Assembly (NCBI GenBank): GCA_965214405.1
Contig: OZ243956.1
Coordinates: 352,001 to 416,000, forward strand
From: Trueperaceae bacterium
GTDB lineage: Bacteria > Deinococcota > Deinococci > Deinococcales > Trueperaceae
Direction: 5' to 3'
DNA length: 64,000 nucleotides
Positions 8,163-17,391 of the stretch are shown piece by piece. Made by a program: the position numbers and the translations under genes. The notes below the pieces were generated by a model. The model had not been told where the DNA came from, made no database searches, and saw only the letters and a list, made by a program, of their open reading frames with translations. Numbering within the stretch: the stretch's first letter is position 1; every line of letters begins with the position of its first letter.

Positions 8163-10247
8163 TTAAACCGAAATCTGCGTCTCCTGAAAATAAAACACGC
8201 CCACATCCTTTTCGGCTCGCACGCACAAGAGCGTGCCCTTGGCGAAGGGCAAAATAAGATAGTCAGTGAGCGAGCCCAGAGGACGACCGGGCAACATTAG
8301 GACGACGCTATCCGCGCCGCTATGCGTGCCGTAAATATCTTGCGCCTCATCATGGGACCCGTCATGCGCGCCGGTAGGGCGGCCTCTGTAGCGGCGAATC
8401 GTCAAGGGGACGCCGTCTATCACCACGCTGACGGGTTCATCCGAAAGCCCGTACAACGCCTTTTTGGTACACACCACGCCGTCGTAAAGGCTTGTCAGGT
8501 CGGCAGAACTCACAGACAAGGCGCGGCAAACCCGGGCGGTGAGGTCACTCATGATCGCCTGCGGCAGGGGCAGGTGGAGCGCCCTGGCGGCTCCCGAGAG
8601 AAAGCCCTCGACCGTGCGCGTCATGTCGGGCGTGTTGGCGCTCCACTGCGCGAGGTGCGCGACAGCGCGCCGCACGACCTCCTGCGGCTCTCCTCCCGCC
8701 ACGCCGGACAAGGTTTTGAGGATGCTCAGGAGCGAAGTTTGGTGGGGCGAGGTGAGGACGAAAAGCGCCGTCAAGCCCTCTGCCAGGAGCGCGGCGAGCG
8801 ACCGCGCCTCGTCTTGCACCCTGAGGTGAACGTAGTCGTCTTCTCTAAACCCCAAAATCTTTTGACGCCCTAAGTCGATATCGAACCGGGGCGTCAGCGC
8901 CACCTCCTGCCCGTTGGCAAAAAGGCTCAAGGCCGACCCCGTGCCCATGAGCGCCAGCGGCGCGCCGCCCATCGAAAAACGCACGGGGCCTTTGAGCCGC
9001 AGCGTCAGCGTTTGCGCGGTGATGGGCACGCTCTCAACGCGGAGGTCGGCGCGGTGGGCGAAGAGCACCCCGCCCGGCAGCCCCGCCTCGCCCGCGTTCC
9101 CCCCGACGCGCTCGGGCAAGTACGCCGCGAGGGGGCCGAAAAACCGCTCGGCGGCCTCACAAAAGGCCTCGACGTCCCGGCGGAACATCGCTTCTTGCGA
9201 CCTTTCAAAGGTGAGCGCCCCTTGCAGTCGGCCCTCGAGCTCCCGGCGCTGCGCCTCGCGCATTTCTACAGACAGAGGCTCTTTGGCGAGTTCTTCTAAC
9301 GCCAAACGTAGCGAGCGGCTGCTCACGCCCTTGGGCGGCGTCGCGCTAAGCCTTCCTGAGTAGGGGTCCTCGGCGATGTTGCGCGCCATCTCCCGCAAAT
9401 ACGCCAGCGCGCCTCCGGGAGGGAGCTTGAGCGTCTTGAGCGGCCCCTCGCGTCCCAAGCCGAGCGCCGTCTCGATAAGCTCGCGTAAAACGCCCGCGAC
9501 GCTCTCGAGCGTGCTAAACGACGCCAGCGGGTCGCCGAGCGCGGGCACGGGCTCGAGCACAGCGAAGCGCGTCAGGCTCACGTCTTCGGCAAAGCCGGGC
9601 GTCTTGGCGTAAAGCGTCAGGTTACGCAGGAGCGCGTAGAGAAGCCGCGCGGTCGTGCGCTCGCGCTCGGCGCGGCAACTCGCCGCGGAGCGCCCCACGA
9701 AGTCCTCGATGTCAACCCACCACACGCGCCGCGCCAGCCTTTTGAGCGCCTCCTCTTCGGCCCGCTCTTCAAAGCTGAGCGTTCCTCTGGGCGCGGGCGA
9801 GGTGGACAAAGCAAAAGGCGAGTCAGGCGACGGGGTGTGGGAGGGTGTAAAAGAAGCGGTAGCAGACGCAAGAGAGGGTGTAAAAGGCGGGGTAAAAGAT
9901 GGGGCGGAAAACAGCTCAGGCACCCGCGGCGCTTCCGTCGTCAACGTTCCCAACAGGAACGAGCCAAAATCCTTTTCGTCAGAGAATCCAACCGTCTCTC
10001 CACCGTTCGTGCCCGTTTCGAGTTCTTTCGCACGGTTTTGGAGAACGCCTGCGCCTTCATGACGCTCGAGGAGCGCCTTGGCCCGCTCGAGCCGCGCCTG
10101 CTCATCGGGACGGAAATCCGCGCCGTGCTCCTGACAGTAGGCGAGGAGCCGCCAGGGGCTAAACCCGCGTGCCGGGGATTGTTGGAGGGTGAGGTCCGCG
10201 ACTTTGTACTCGAGGAGTTCTAAAGCCAGACGTTCCGGGGTCAGCAT
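8163..10247 (-). CDS. Large hypothetical protein (694 aa) with Pro/Ser/Thr linker
   Basis: Long ORF with host-like composition. Leaderless TATACT-N6-ATG places the start at 10247. No family recognised. Confidence 0.8.
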   Translation of the reverse strand: MLTPERLALELLEYKVADLTLQQSPARGFSPWRLLAYCQEHGADFRPDEQARLERAKALLERHEGAGVLQNRAKELETGTNGGETVGFSDEKDFGSFLLGTLTTEAPRVPELFSAPSFTPPFTPSLASATASFTPSHTPSPDSPFALSTSPAPRGTLSFEERAEEEALKRLARRVWWVDIEDFVGRSAASCRAERERTTARLLYALLRNLTLYAKTPGFAEDVSLTRFAVLEPVPALGDPLASFSTLESVAGVLRELIETALGLGREGPLKTLKLPPGGALAYLREMARNIAEDPYSGRLSATPPKGVSSRSLRLALEELAKEPLSVEMREAQRRELEGRLQGALTFERSQEAMFRRDVEAFCEAAERFFGPLAAYLPERVGGNAGEAGLPGGVLFAHRADLRVESVPITAQTLTLRLKGPVRFSMGGAPLALMGTGSALSLFANGQEVALTPRFDIDLGRQKILGFREDDYVHLRVQDEARSLAALLAEGLTALFVLTSPHQTSLLSILKTLSGVAGGEPQEVVRRAVAHLAQWSANTPDMTRTVEGFLSGAARALHLPLPQAIMSDLTARVCRALSVSSADLTSLYDGVVCTKKALYGLSDEPVSVVIDGVPLTIRRYRGRPTGAHDGSHDEAQDIYGTHSGADSVVLMLPGRPLGSLTDYLILPFAKGTLLCVRAEKDVGVFYFQETQISV

Positions 10248-10314
10248 AGGGTCAGTATAGGCCAAGCCCACACCGGACGGTTTTAATTTTTGTCACGCGT
10301 GCGCTTTATCTCAC

Positions 10315-11385
10315 CTACTCGCGCCCAAGCTCGGTGAACGCGGCCCGCAAAACCTCAATCGCCCGCTCGTACTCGTCTATAAGAAGATGCTCGTCGGGCG
10401 TGTGGTCGAGGCTCGAGTCGCCTGGCCCATAAGCGAGCATCGGCACGTTCCAGACGGGCGCGACCACGTTCATGTCCGACGTACCCGTTTTGACCTTGAA
10501 GCGCGGCGTGCCCCCCGCCTTGCGAATGGCGGCGCGAAAGACCCGGGTGAGCGGCGTGTCCTTGACGCTCCGGTAGGCGCGTTCATGACCCGTGAAGGTA
10601 AGCTCGAGCCCCTCCCCCACCGGCCCTTCTAGAAGTTTACGCAACGCCGCCTCGGCCTCTTCCGGAGACAAACGGGGCGGCAGGCGCAACCCGAGCGTCG
10701 CCGCCGCGCGCTGCGCGAGCCCGTCGTTGGCGCTCGAGAACGCCTGCAACGAAAGCTGCACCGCGTCGAAGATACTGTCAACACCCTCGTTCAGCCCGTC
10801 CGCCCACGCTTTTACAGCGCTATAGAGCGCCACCACGTCCTCGGGCGCGGTCGTCCCCTCGCCCGCGCTATGGAAGTTGGTCTTGACGCGCGCGGGCTTC
10901 ACCACCAGCCGCCCCTTGTACCCCAGCGTCATCGCCGCCCAGCCGCTCGGCTCGCCGATGATGACCAGGTCGGGCTTGGGCAGCACCTCCAAGGCGTGAC
11001 GCGCACCCCGGCTTGTCGGCACCTCCTCCTCGACCGCGCCAATCAGCACCAGCGTAAGCCGCTCTAATACGTCGGCGGGCAGCATAGAGGCCGCCGCCAC
11101 CGCCGTACAAAACGCGCCCTTGGCGTCGACCGCGCCGCGACCGTAGAGTTTGCCGTCCTCAAGCCGAACCACAACGCTTCCCGGCACCGTATCGATGTGA
11201 CCTAAGAAATAAACGCGCAGCGGACCCGTTCCGAGACGCGCGACGGCGTTCCCGGCCCCGTCGACCAACGTTTCGTCGGCAAAGGTCGCCATCTGCGACA
11301 CGATAAAGCGCGTGACCGCCGCTTCTTGGCCCGACGTGCTAGGAATGGAGACGCTTGTGCGGAGAAGTTCAATGTGGTCCAGCAC
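10315..11385 (-). CDS. lysK: [LysW]-lysine/ornithine hydrolase (M20 family)
   Basis: GHIDTVPG, GRGAVDAKG, VEEE, IGEPSGW...TLGYKG, KTGTSDMN, AYGPGDSSLDHTPDEH. Likely GTG start 5 nt after TAATAT. Confidence 0.9.
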   Translation of the reverse strand: MLDHIELLRTSVSIPSTSGQEAAVTRFIVSQMATFADETLVDGAGNAVARLGTGPLRVYFLGHIDTVPGSVVVRLEDGKLYGRGAVDAKGAFCTAVAAASMLPADVLERLTLVLIGAVEEEVPTSRGARHALEVLPKPDLVIIGEPSGWAAMTLGYKGRLVVKPARVKTNFHSAGEGTTAPEDVVALYSAVKAWADGLNEGVDSIFDAVQLSLQAFSSANDGLAQRAAATLGLRLPPRLSPEEAEAALRKLLEGPVGEGLELTFTGHERAYRSVKDTPLTRVFRAAIRKAGGTPRFKVKTGTSDMNVVAPVWNVPMLAYGPGDSSLDHTPDEHLLIDEYERAIEVLRAAFTELGRE

Positions 11386-11446
11386 AGACCATATTATCTC
11401 AAGCATCTCGAGCCGACGAACCTTTTTTGCATTTTGGGCTGTTCAG

Positions 11447-12805
11447 GGGTGCAGCCCGCTAGTGTCGGATTAAGCCGGGGCAGGGTAAGCGAGGTGCCTG
11501 AGCTGCCCAAAGTCAATGAGGGAATGTTTGGCACAGGTCTGGGCACGCAAAGAGGCCATACTGGCAGCACCTTGTTTGGACCAGTGCATCCCGCTTCTTT
11601 TCATACGGTTTCCGATAACGGCTTTGTTCATCCCTTCGATTTGCCCTGAACCGATGGGATAGCCTTTTTCTGTGAACCGAGCATAATCCATACTGTCAAG
11701 CCGGGTTTCAAGATACTTTAGAGCAGTTTGCGCTTTGTCATCCCAGGTGAGCCAGACCTCGGGTTTAGGAAGGTGGTGAGCGAGCCAGTCACGGGCGTTG
11801 AGCTGACCCCGATACCAGTCACAGCGGTGGCGCGTTCTTAGGTCTTCATCCCAAGCCAGTGCTTGCATGATGGTGTCGAGGTACTGAGTGGCGTGGTAGA
11901 CGTCGGTGATTCTTACGGCGTCGAGATGACAAAAGATGTTGTCAATCCAAACGGCTCCATCACCCAAACCGAGCAGCGTATCCGCGGGGGTGACTCCGGC
12001 TTCGTTGAGTAAACCCGCCACGAGCGTGACAAAGTCTTCGGCACAGCAGCGTTCGGCCAACATCCAGCGCTGACTCGGAGCGGCTTGCGGATAAAGTACG
12101 GCTGTTTTGAGTTCCAGGCCAGGACATAGCCCCTGTTCAGGTTGCCCTAAGACGTAGACGCCGTCCATTTGCAACACCATGACGCGTCCTTGTCGGCGTG
12201 CCGCTTCAGGCTCTGAACAAGACAACAGTCTGTCTGCCACCTCGGCTCGACACGCCTCAGCGTAGGGGCGTTGCAAGCGGTCTAATTCTGACGAGCTAAT
12301 CCTCAGGCCGAAGTTGCGCGCGATGTAAGCGCCTTCTTCTAAGGGCACGCGCGCTGCTAAGTCGGTCAGGCAAGCTAAGGCTTTGGGCGTCCAGCCCGAA
12401 TGGTCTAAGCGTCTATCGAGGATAGCTTGTTTGGCTCGACCCTCTCTATCAACCAGCCTTTGTACCTCGACATAGACCCGGCCCCACAAGTGCTTAACCG
12501 CGCAGCGACGTTTGCCGTTACCCCAATAGCCTTCAGGTACTTCTCTTTTGTGCTCGGGGGGAAAAGCTCCGGCTATCTGCCAGAGCTTGCATAGTCTCAC
12601 TCATCATCGCTTGATAATGCGCCAGCATCGCCGTCTCAACCTCGGCTACACCCGCATCTTCGGGTAGGTCTCGTTCCAAAGCTTCTAAGTACCTGCCAAA
12701 CGCTTCCTTCGCCCGTTCTTTCCAATCACCTGTCTGGCTCGTTTTCATCCGCCATTCTACCGCTGCTACGCCCCTTTTTCTATCCGCCTATTTGGGGTTG
12801 CACCC
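11447..12805 (-). mobile_element. IS element, ISKra4/ISLre2-like (Mutator-type DDE), 1359 bp, copy 1
   Basis: Imperfect terminal inverted repeats GGGTGCAgCCC...CGGAT / GGGTGCAaCCC...CGGAT. Two overlapping transposase ORFs. No flanking direct repeat. Confidence 0.88.
11470..12748 (-). CDS. Transposase split over two frames (12533..12748 and 11470..12600), probably recoded at T4C6
   Basis: QMDG, GDGAVWI, DVYHA, GYPIGSGQIEG, RMKRSGMHWS. Removing one base at the overlap gives a 425-aa protein. Confidence 0.85.
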
Positions 12806-12823
12806 GTGTCTGAAGCGTCTCCT

Positions 12824-12852
12824 TTGCTGCTCCCCCACCTTTGGGTTATAAT
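12824..12852 (+). promoter_or_regulatory. Sigma70-type promoter for the first sugar ABC operon
   Basis: TTGCTG-17 bp-TATAAT. Confidence 0.7.
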
Positions 12853-13059
12853 GGGCACCTGGAACGCATCCAAACGGTCGCTCAACCCGGCTGACCCGTG
12901 GATTCTCCACTCGTTACGTCTCAAAAAAAGAGCTACCGAGACGGGAAGGGAGGATGAAAGAAGACGGTATTCCGACACGTTTGCTCGGTTGAAAACTCGG
13001 TCGAAAGCTCGAGCTTTAGTAGATTTTCATAGGTTTTTGTTACTTCACAAGGAGGACCC

Positions 13060-14343
13060 ATGCTTCGTCGCACCATCATTCTAGCCCTTCTCATCAGCTT
13101 CTTTTTGCCCGCTTTCGCCCAGGACGAGGTTGATTTGCGCTGGCGCACCCGCCCGGACAATCAGGCCGAAATCGACGTGTATGAGCGCGCGAGCGAGACC
13201 ATCGACGCTGCGTTCGAGGGCGTGACGTTGCAGTACGAACCCGGCGGTTCGGAGAGCGCCTCGTACCAAGACGTGCTCGTGACCGAAATCGAGGCGGGCA
13301 CCGCCCCCGACGTGTTCTGGATTCCCGGCACCGACGTGGCGCGCTTTGCCGAGGCGGGGCTTATTTTGAACTTGGCCCCCTACGCCGCCGAGGACGCCGA
13401 CTACAACGCCGACGACTTCTACCCCGGCCCGATGGGCTTTTTAACCACTACGGTTGAGGGAAGCGACAGTGCAGGAAACGACGGGGCGCTCTGGGGCCTC
13501 CCGCGCGACGTGTCCGCGTTCGCGGTTTACTATAACCAGGACCTTTTTGACGAGGCGGGCCTCGAGGCCCCCGGCGGCGACGACTGGACCTGGGAAAGGT
13601 TTGAAGAGGCCGCGAACGACATTGACGCGCTGGGCGACGAAATCTACGGCTTCGCCATGAACGCCTGGTGGGCCAACTGGGGCTACTTCGTCAATGCCGC
13701 CGGAGGGAGCTTCTTTAACGAGGATTACACCGCCTGCGGCTTAGACAACGAGGCCACGGTCGAGGGCCTGACCTTCGCGCGTGACCTGTTCAGCAGCGGC
13801 GCGGCGCTCCCCTGGGGCACGGACGGCGAGCCGCCCTTCCTTGCGGGCAACGTCGGCATGTTTATCAACGGACGCTGGGCGACGCCCGGCGCGGTAGCCA
13901 ACGCCGACTTCACCTGGAACGTCGCGCCCCTGCCCGTCGGGCCGAGCGGCGAGGCGACCAACTGGCTTTTCTGGGGCGCGTACGTGGTGAACGCCAACAC
14001 CGCGAACCCGGAAGAGGCCTGGGACTTAGTCACCCGCCTTACCTCGCCCGAGATTCAGGGCGAAATCGCCTCCTTGGGCGCGAACATCCCGAGCCGGGAC
14101 ACGCAGGAGGCCATCGACCTCTTTTTAGCCACGCTGCCCGACAGCGGCGTGAATAATCAAGCCTTTATCGACGGCACCACGGCGAGCGACGTGCGCACCG
14201 AAGCGCCCCTTTTCGCGGGCAACTGGCCCGCCATCGACACCGCCTACGGCAACGCGGTGGCGTCGGTGTTTAACGGCGAACTGACCCCCGAAGAGTTCGC
14301 CAACACCATTTGCACGCAGGTCGCGCCGGAGTTCGAGCAGTAG
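13060..14343 (+). CDS. Sugar ABC transporter substrate-binding protein
   Basis: Signal peptide AFA/Q. AGTAPDVF, LWGLP, YYNQDLFDEAGL, WTWERF. AAGGAGG SD. Confidence 0.92.
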   Translation: MLRRTIILALLISFFLPAFAQDEVDLRWRTRPDNQAEIDVYERASETIDAAFEGVTLQYEPGGSESASYQDVLVTEIEAGTAPDVFWIPGTDVARFAEAGLILNLAPYAAEDADYNADDFYPGPMGFLTTTVEGSDSAGNDGALWGLPRDVSAFAVYYNQDLFDEAGLEAPGGDDWTWERFEEAANDIDALGDEIYGFAMNAWWANWGYFVNAAGGSFFNEDYTACGLDNEATVEGLTFARDLFSSGAALPWGTDGEPPFLAGNVGMFINGRWATPGAVANADFTWNVAPLPVGPSGEATNWLFWGAYVVNANTANPEEAWDLVTRLTSPEIQGEIASLGANIPSRDTQEAIDLFLATLPDSGVNNQAFIDGTTASDVRTEAPLFAGNWPAIDTAYGNAVASVFNGELTPEEFANTICTQVAPEFEQ

Positions 14344-14380
14344 TTGCGTACCCGTCACACGGGTAACGATGAGTAACAAT

Positions 14381-14411
14381 GGGGCGGTCCGCGTGGCCGC
14401 CCCTGTATTTT
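14381..14411 (+). terminator. Stem-loop or attenuating terminator after the binding-protein gene
   Basis: GGGGCGG(T)CC-GCGT-GGCCGCCCC followed by TGTATTTT. Confidence 0.55.
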
Positions 14412-14467
14412 GCGAACGGGTACTATTACTATGTTTAGAGCTCTTTTAATCAACCGGAGGGAAAGTC

Positions 14468-16138
14468 ATGGACCACGCGAGCCCCGCGTTACGTTCTGAA
14501 GGGAATGCTCGAGCCCGCTTAACCATCACCCTGGCGTGCCTATGGCACGCGCTGCTGGCCTTTTATTTAGTCACCTTGTCGCTTGGCATCTTCCGCGCCG
14601 ACACGCTCCTCATTGCGGGCAAACCCGCCGATTTGGGGCGTCCCGTCCAGGTTTTTGCTGGAGCACTGCCCCTCGCGCTCGCCGCGCTGGCGGTTTTGGC
14701 GGGCGTGGGGCTCCTCTTAAAGCGTCCCGCGGGGCGCTACGCCGCGCTCGGGGTCAACCTGGGCGCGTTCGCGGGGGCGCTGTTCGCGCTCTTCGGGGTG
14801 TGGGGGCTCTACGGCTCTTTCGAGCACATCGTAGACGGGGTGATGCGTAATGCGTACTTGACCCTGGGTTTTGCGCTCGCGTACCTTGTTTATTTTGTGG
14901 CGGGGCGGCTCGAGAACGCCCCCAAAGCAGAGCGGTGGCTGAGCCGTCTGGGTCTCGGTATCGCGCTCCTCACCCTTGGGGCCATCCTCTTGTCCGCCGA
15001 CATTTTGGCGGGTATCGGCTATTTACTCAGCACCTACAGCGCGTGGCAAACATGGGCGCTCACCGCGGCGGCTTTGTTGTCGGGCGCGCTTCTTCTGCAA
15101 CTCATCCGCCTGGATACCTACTTTGGCGAACGTCCCGACGGGCGGGCGGCGTGGCAGGGCTGGTTCATGCTCGCACCCAATATCTTAGGCTTTCTGTTCT
15201 TCTTCGCGGGGCCGCTCCTCTTGTCTTTTTACTTGAGTTTTACGAACAGTTCGGTGGGGCAGGTGCCTCAAGTGACCGGAGTCAACAACTACGCGCGGCT
15301 TTTATCTTTGGAAGTCAAGGTTTTGGGCGATGACGACGGCGCGGCGCAGAACGCGCTCTCGTTCGGTTACGCGGTGGTGCGTGAGTTTGACATCGGGAGC
15401 AGCCGTTTGGTTATTGGCGCAAAAGACCGGCTTTTCTGGATAAGCCTCTTTAACACGCTCCTCTACTGCGCCATGCTCTTGCCCTTAGCCATCATCCCGG
15501 CGCTCGTGATGTCGCTCATTCTGAATTCATCGCTACCGGGGATGCAGTTTTTCCGGGCGGTGTACTTTCTTCCCTCCGTCGCGGCGGTGGTCGGCACGGC
15601 GCTCATCTGGCGCTGGCTCTACACGCCGACGACGGGGTTTATTTCCTACGCCGTCACGCAAGTCACGGGCTTTTTGGGTGTGCCCGACCCCGAGATTCAG
15701 TGGCTGTCGGACCCTCGAGTCGTCCTCATTTCAGTCGTTCTTCTCGCGGCCTGGCAAGTCGTCGGCTACAACACGGTGCTTTTTTTGGCGGGGCTCCAGG
15801 GCATCCCCCGGAGCCTCTACGAGGCCGCCGAAATTGACGGGGCAAGTCCGTGGCAGCGTTTCCGCAACGTGACCCTGCCGATGCTCGGGCCGACCACCTT
15901 TTTCGTTCTCATCACCACGATGGTCACGGGGCTGCAAGCCTTTAACGAGCCTTACGCGCTCTTCCCGTCGCGCCCGGTGCCCGAAAACGCGACCACGCTC
16001 GTTTATTACCTCTACACGGTGGGATTTAACCAGTTCAACTTCGGCTACGCCTCGGCCATCGCCTGGGTGCTGTTTATCATCATCTTCGCGTTTACCTTCG
16101 TGCAGTTCCGCCTCAACCGCTCGCAGGCGTACGGCTAA
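14468..16138 (+). CDS. Sugar ABC permease (MalF-type) with long N-terminal membrane extension
   Basis: EAA loop LYEAAEIDGASPWQRFRNVTLP, FRAVYFLPSV, GYASAIAW. Confidence 0.92.
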   Translation: MDHASPALRSEGNARARLTITLACLWHALLAFYLVTLSLGIFRADTLLIAGKPADLGRPVQVFAGALPLALAALAVLAGVGLLLKRPAGRYAALGVNLGAFAGALFALFGVWGLYGSFEHIVDGVMRNAYLTLGFALAYLVYFVAGRLENAPKAERWLSRLGLGIALLTLGAILLSADILAGIGYLLSTYSAWQTWALTAAALLSGALLLQLIRLDTYFGERPDGRAAWQGWFMLAPNILGFLFFFAGPLLLSFYLSFTNSSVGQVPQVTGVNNYARLLSLEVKVLGDDDGAAQNALSFGYAVVREFDIGSSRLVIGAKDRLFWISLFNTLLYCAMLLPLAIIPALVMSLILNSSLPGMQFFRAVYFLPSVAAVVGTALIWRWLYTPTTGFISYAVTQVTGFLGVPDPEIQWLSDPRVVLISVVLLAAWQVVGYNTVLFLAGLQGIPRSLYEAAEIDGASPWQRFRNVTLPMLGPTTFFVLITTMVTGLQAFNEPYALFPSRPVPENATTLVYYLYTVGFNQFNFGYASAIAWVLFIIIFAFTFVQFRLNRSQAYG

Positions 16139-16158
16139 GAGGCAGGGTTAGGAGACTT

Positions 16159-17391
16159 GTGAAACGTTCTAAACTCACCCCCCGCACGCTTTTTTTACGC
16201 ACCCTGGCCTACCTCGCGCTGACGGGCTTCGGCTTCATCATCATCTTCCCCTTTCTCTACATGATGTTCACCTCGCTCAAGACCTCCGGCGACGTATTCC
16301 GCTACCCGCCCGAACTCCTGCCGATGAGTCAGGCGACCGCGCCGTACGAGGGCGGGGAAGCGCCGCTCTACCGCCTCCCGGTAGAAGGCAGAACCCGCGA
16401 CGTGGTGAGCACGGGCGAGCGCGAACGCTTTGGGTTTTTTACGACGGAGGAGAATATCAACCTTGCGGACACGCGCAGCAGTCGGATAGTGGCGGAGGTG
16501 CCGTTGGACGACGCCGTCGAAACGGGCCGGAGCCTGACCGTCACGCGTAACGGAAGCGAAGAAAGTTTTGACGTTTATGAAGTCCCCGTAGACGGCGAAA
16601 CGCAAGAACTTCTGCTCGCCTACCGCGGCGCGCAAGACCGCTTCGTGGTCCCCGACGACCCGAGTCTGGACACCTACGCCGTCGAGCGCACTGCCCCGCG
16701 GAGCGAGTTTATTGACTTTCAGTGGGGCAACTACGGGGCGTTTTTGACCCTCAACTTAGACCGGGCTTTGGTCAACACCGTGCTCGTCACCGTTTTGGTG
16801 GTGCTGGGGCAGCTCGTCACCTCGATTTTTGGGGGGTACGCGTTCTCGAGGGTCCAGTTCGGCGGGCGCGACACGCTCTTTCTGCTCTACCTGGGCTCGA
16901 TCATGATTCCTTTTGTGGTGCTCATCATCCCGATGTACCGCCTCATGGTCATTCTCGACTGGCAGAACCAACTTGTGTCGCTCATTCTTCCTTGGGTCTT
17001 CACCGCCTACGGCACCTTTTTGATGCGGCAGTTTTTCATCTCCATCCCCAAAGATTTAGAAGAGGCCGCCATGCTCGACGGCGCGAGCCGCTTTCGCATC
17101 CTCTGGCAGATTTTCGTGCCGCTCTCGCGCCCCGCCATCGCCACGCTCGCCATTTTTTCGTTTCTTTACGCCTGGAACTCGTTCCTTTGGCCGCTCCTGA
17201 TTATCAGCGAGGCGAACGAGGCGAACCACGTGCTGACGCTCTCGCTTATCAAACTCAGCAACATCGCCGCCGACCGCCCCAACATCGTGCTGACGGGCGC
17301 GGCCATCGCCATCTTGCCGCCGATGATTATCTTTGTGCTGGCGCAGCGTTACTTTATAGAGGGCCTGAGTTCGTCGGGGATGAAGGGGTAA
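16159..17391 (+). CDS. Sugar ABC permease (MalG-type) with large soluble loop
   Basis: FLMRQFFISIPKDLEEAAMLDGAS, WNSFLWPL, QRYFIEG. Confidence 0.92.
   Translation: MKRSKLTPRTLFLRTLAYLALTGFGFIIIFPFLYMMFTSLKTSGDVFRYPPELLPMSQATAPYEGGEAPLYRLPVEGRTRDVVSTGERERFGFFTTEENINLADTRSSRIVAEVPLDDAVETGRSLTVTRNGSEESFDVYEVPVDGETQELLLAYRGAQDRFVVPDDPSLDTYAVERTAPRSEFIDFQWGNYGAFLTLNLDRALVNTVLVTVLVVLGQLVTSIFGGYAFSRVQFGGRDTLFLLYLGSIMIPFVVLIIPMYRLMVILDWQNQLVSLILPWVFTAYGTFLMRQFFISIPKDLEEAAMLDGASRFRILWQIFVPLSRPAIATLAIFSFLYAWNSFLWPLLIISEANEANHVLTLSLIKLSNIAADRPNIVLTGAAIAILPPMIIFVLAQRYFIEGLSSSGMKG

Noticed and set aside
12853..13059. Assignment to a known riboswitch class
   Set aside because: No conserved aptamer motif (TPP, FMN, SAM, cobalamin, c-di-GMP, c-di-AMP) was recognised; kept only as an unassigned structured leader.
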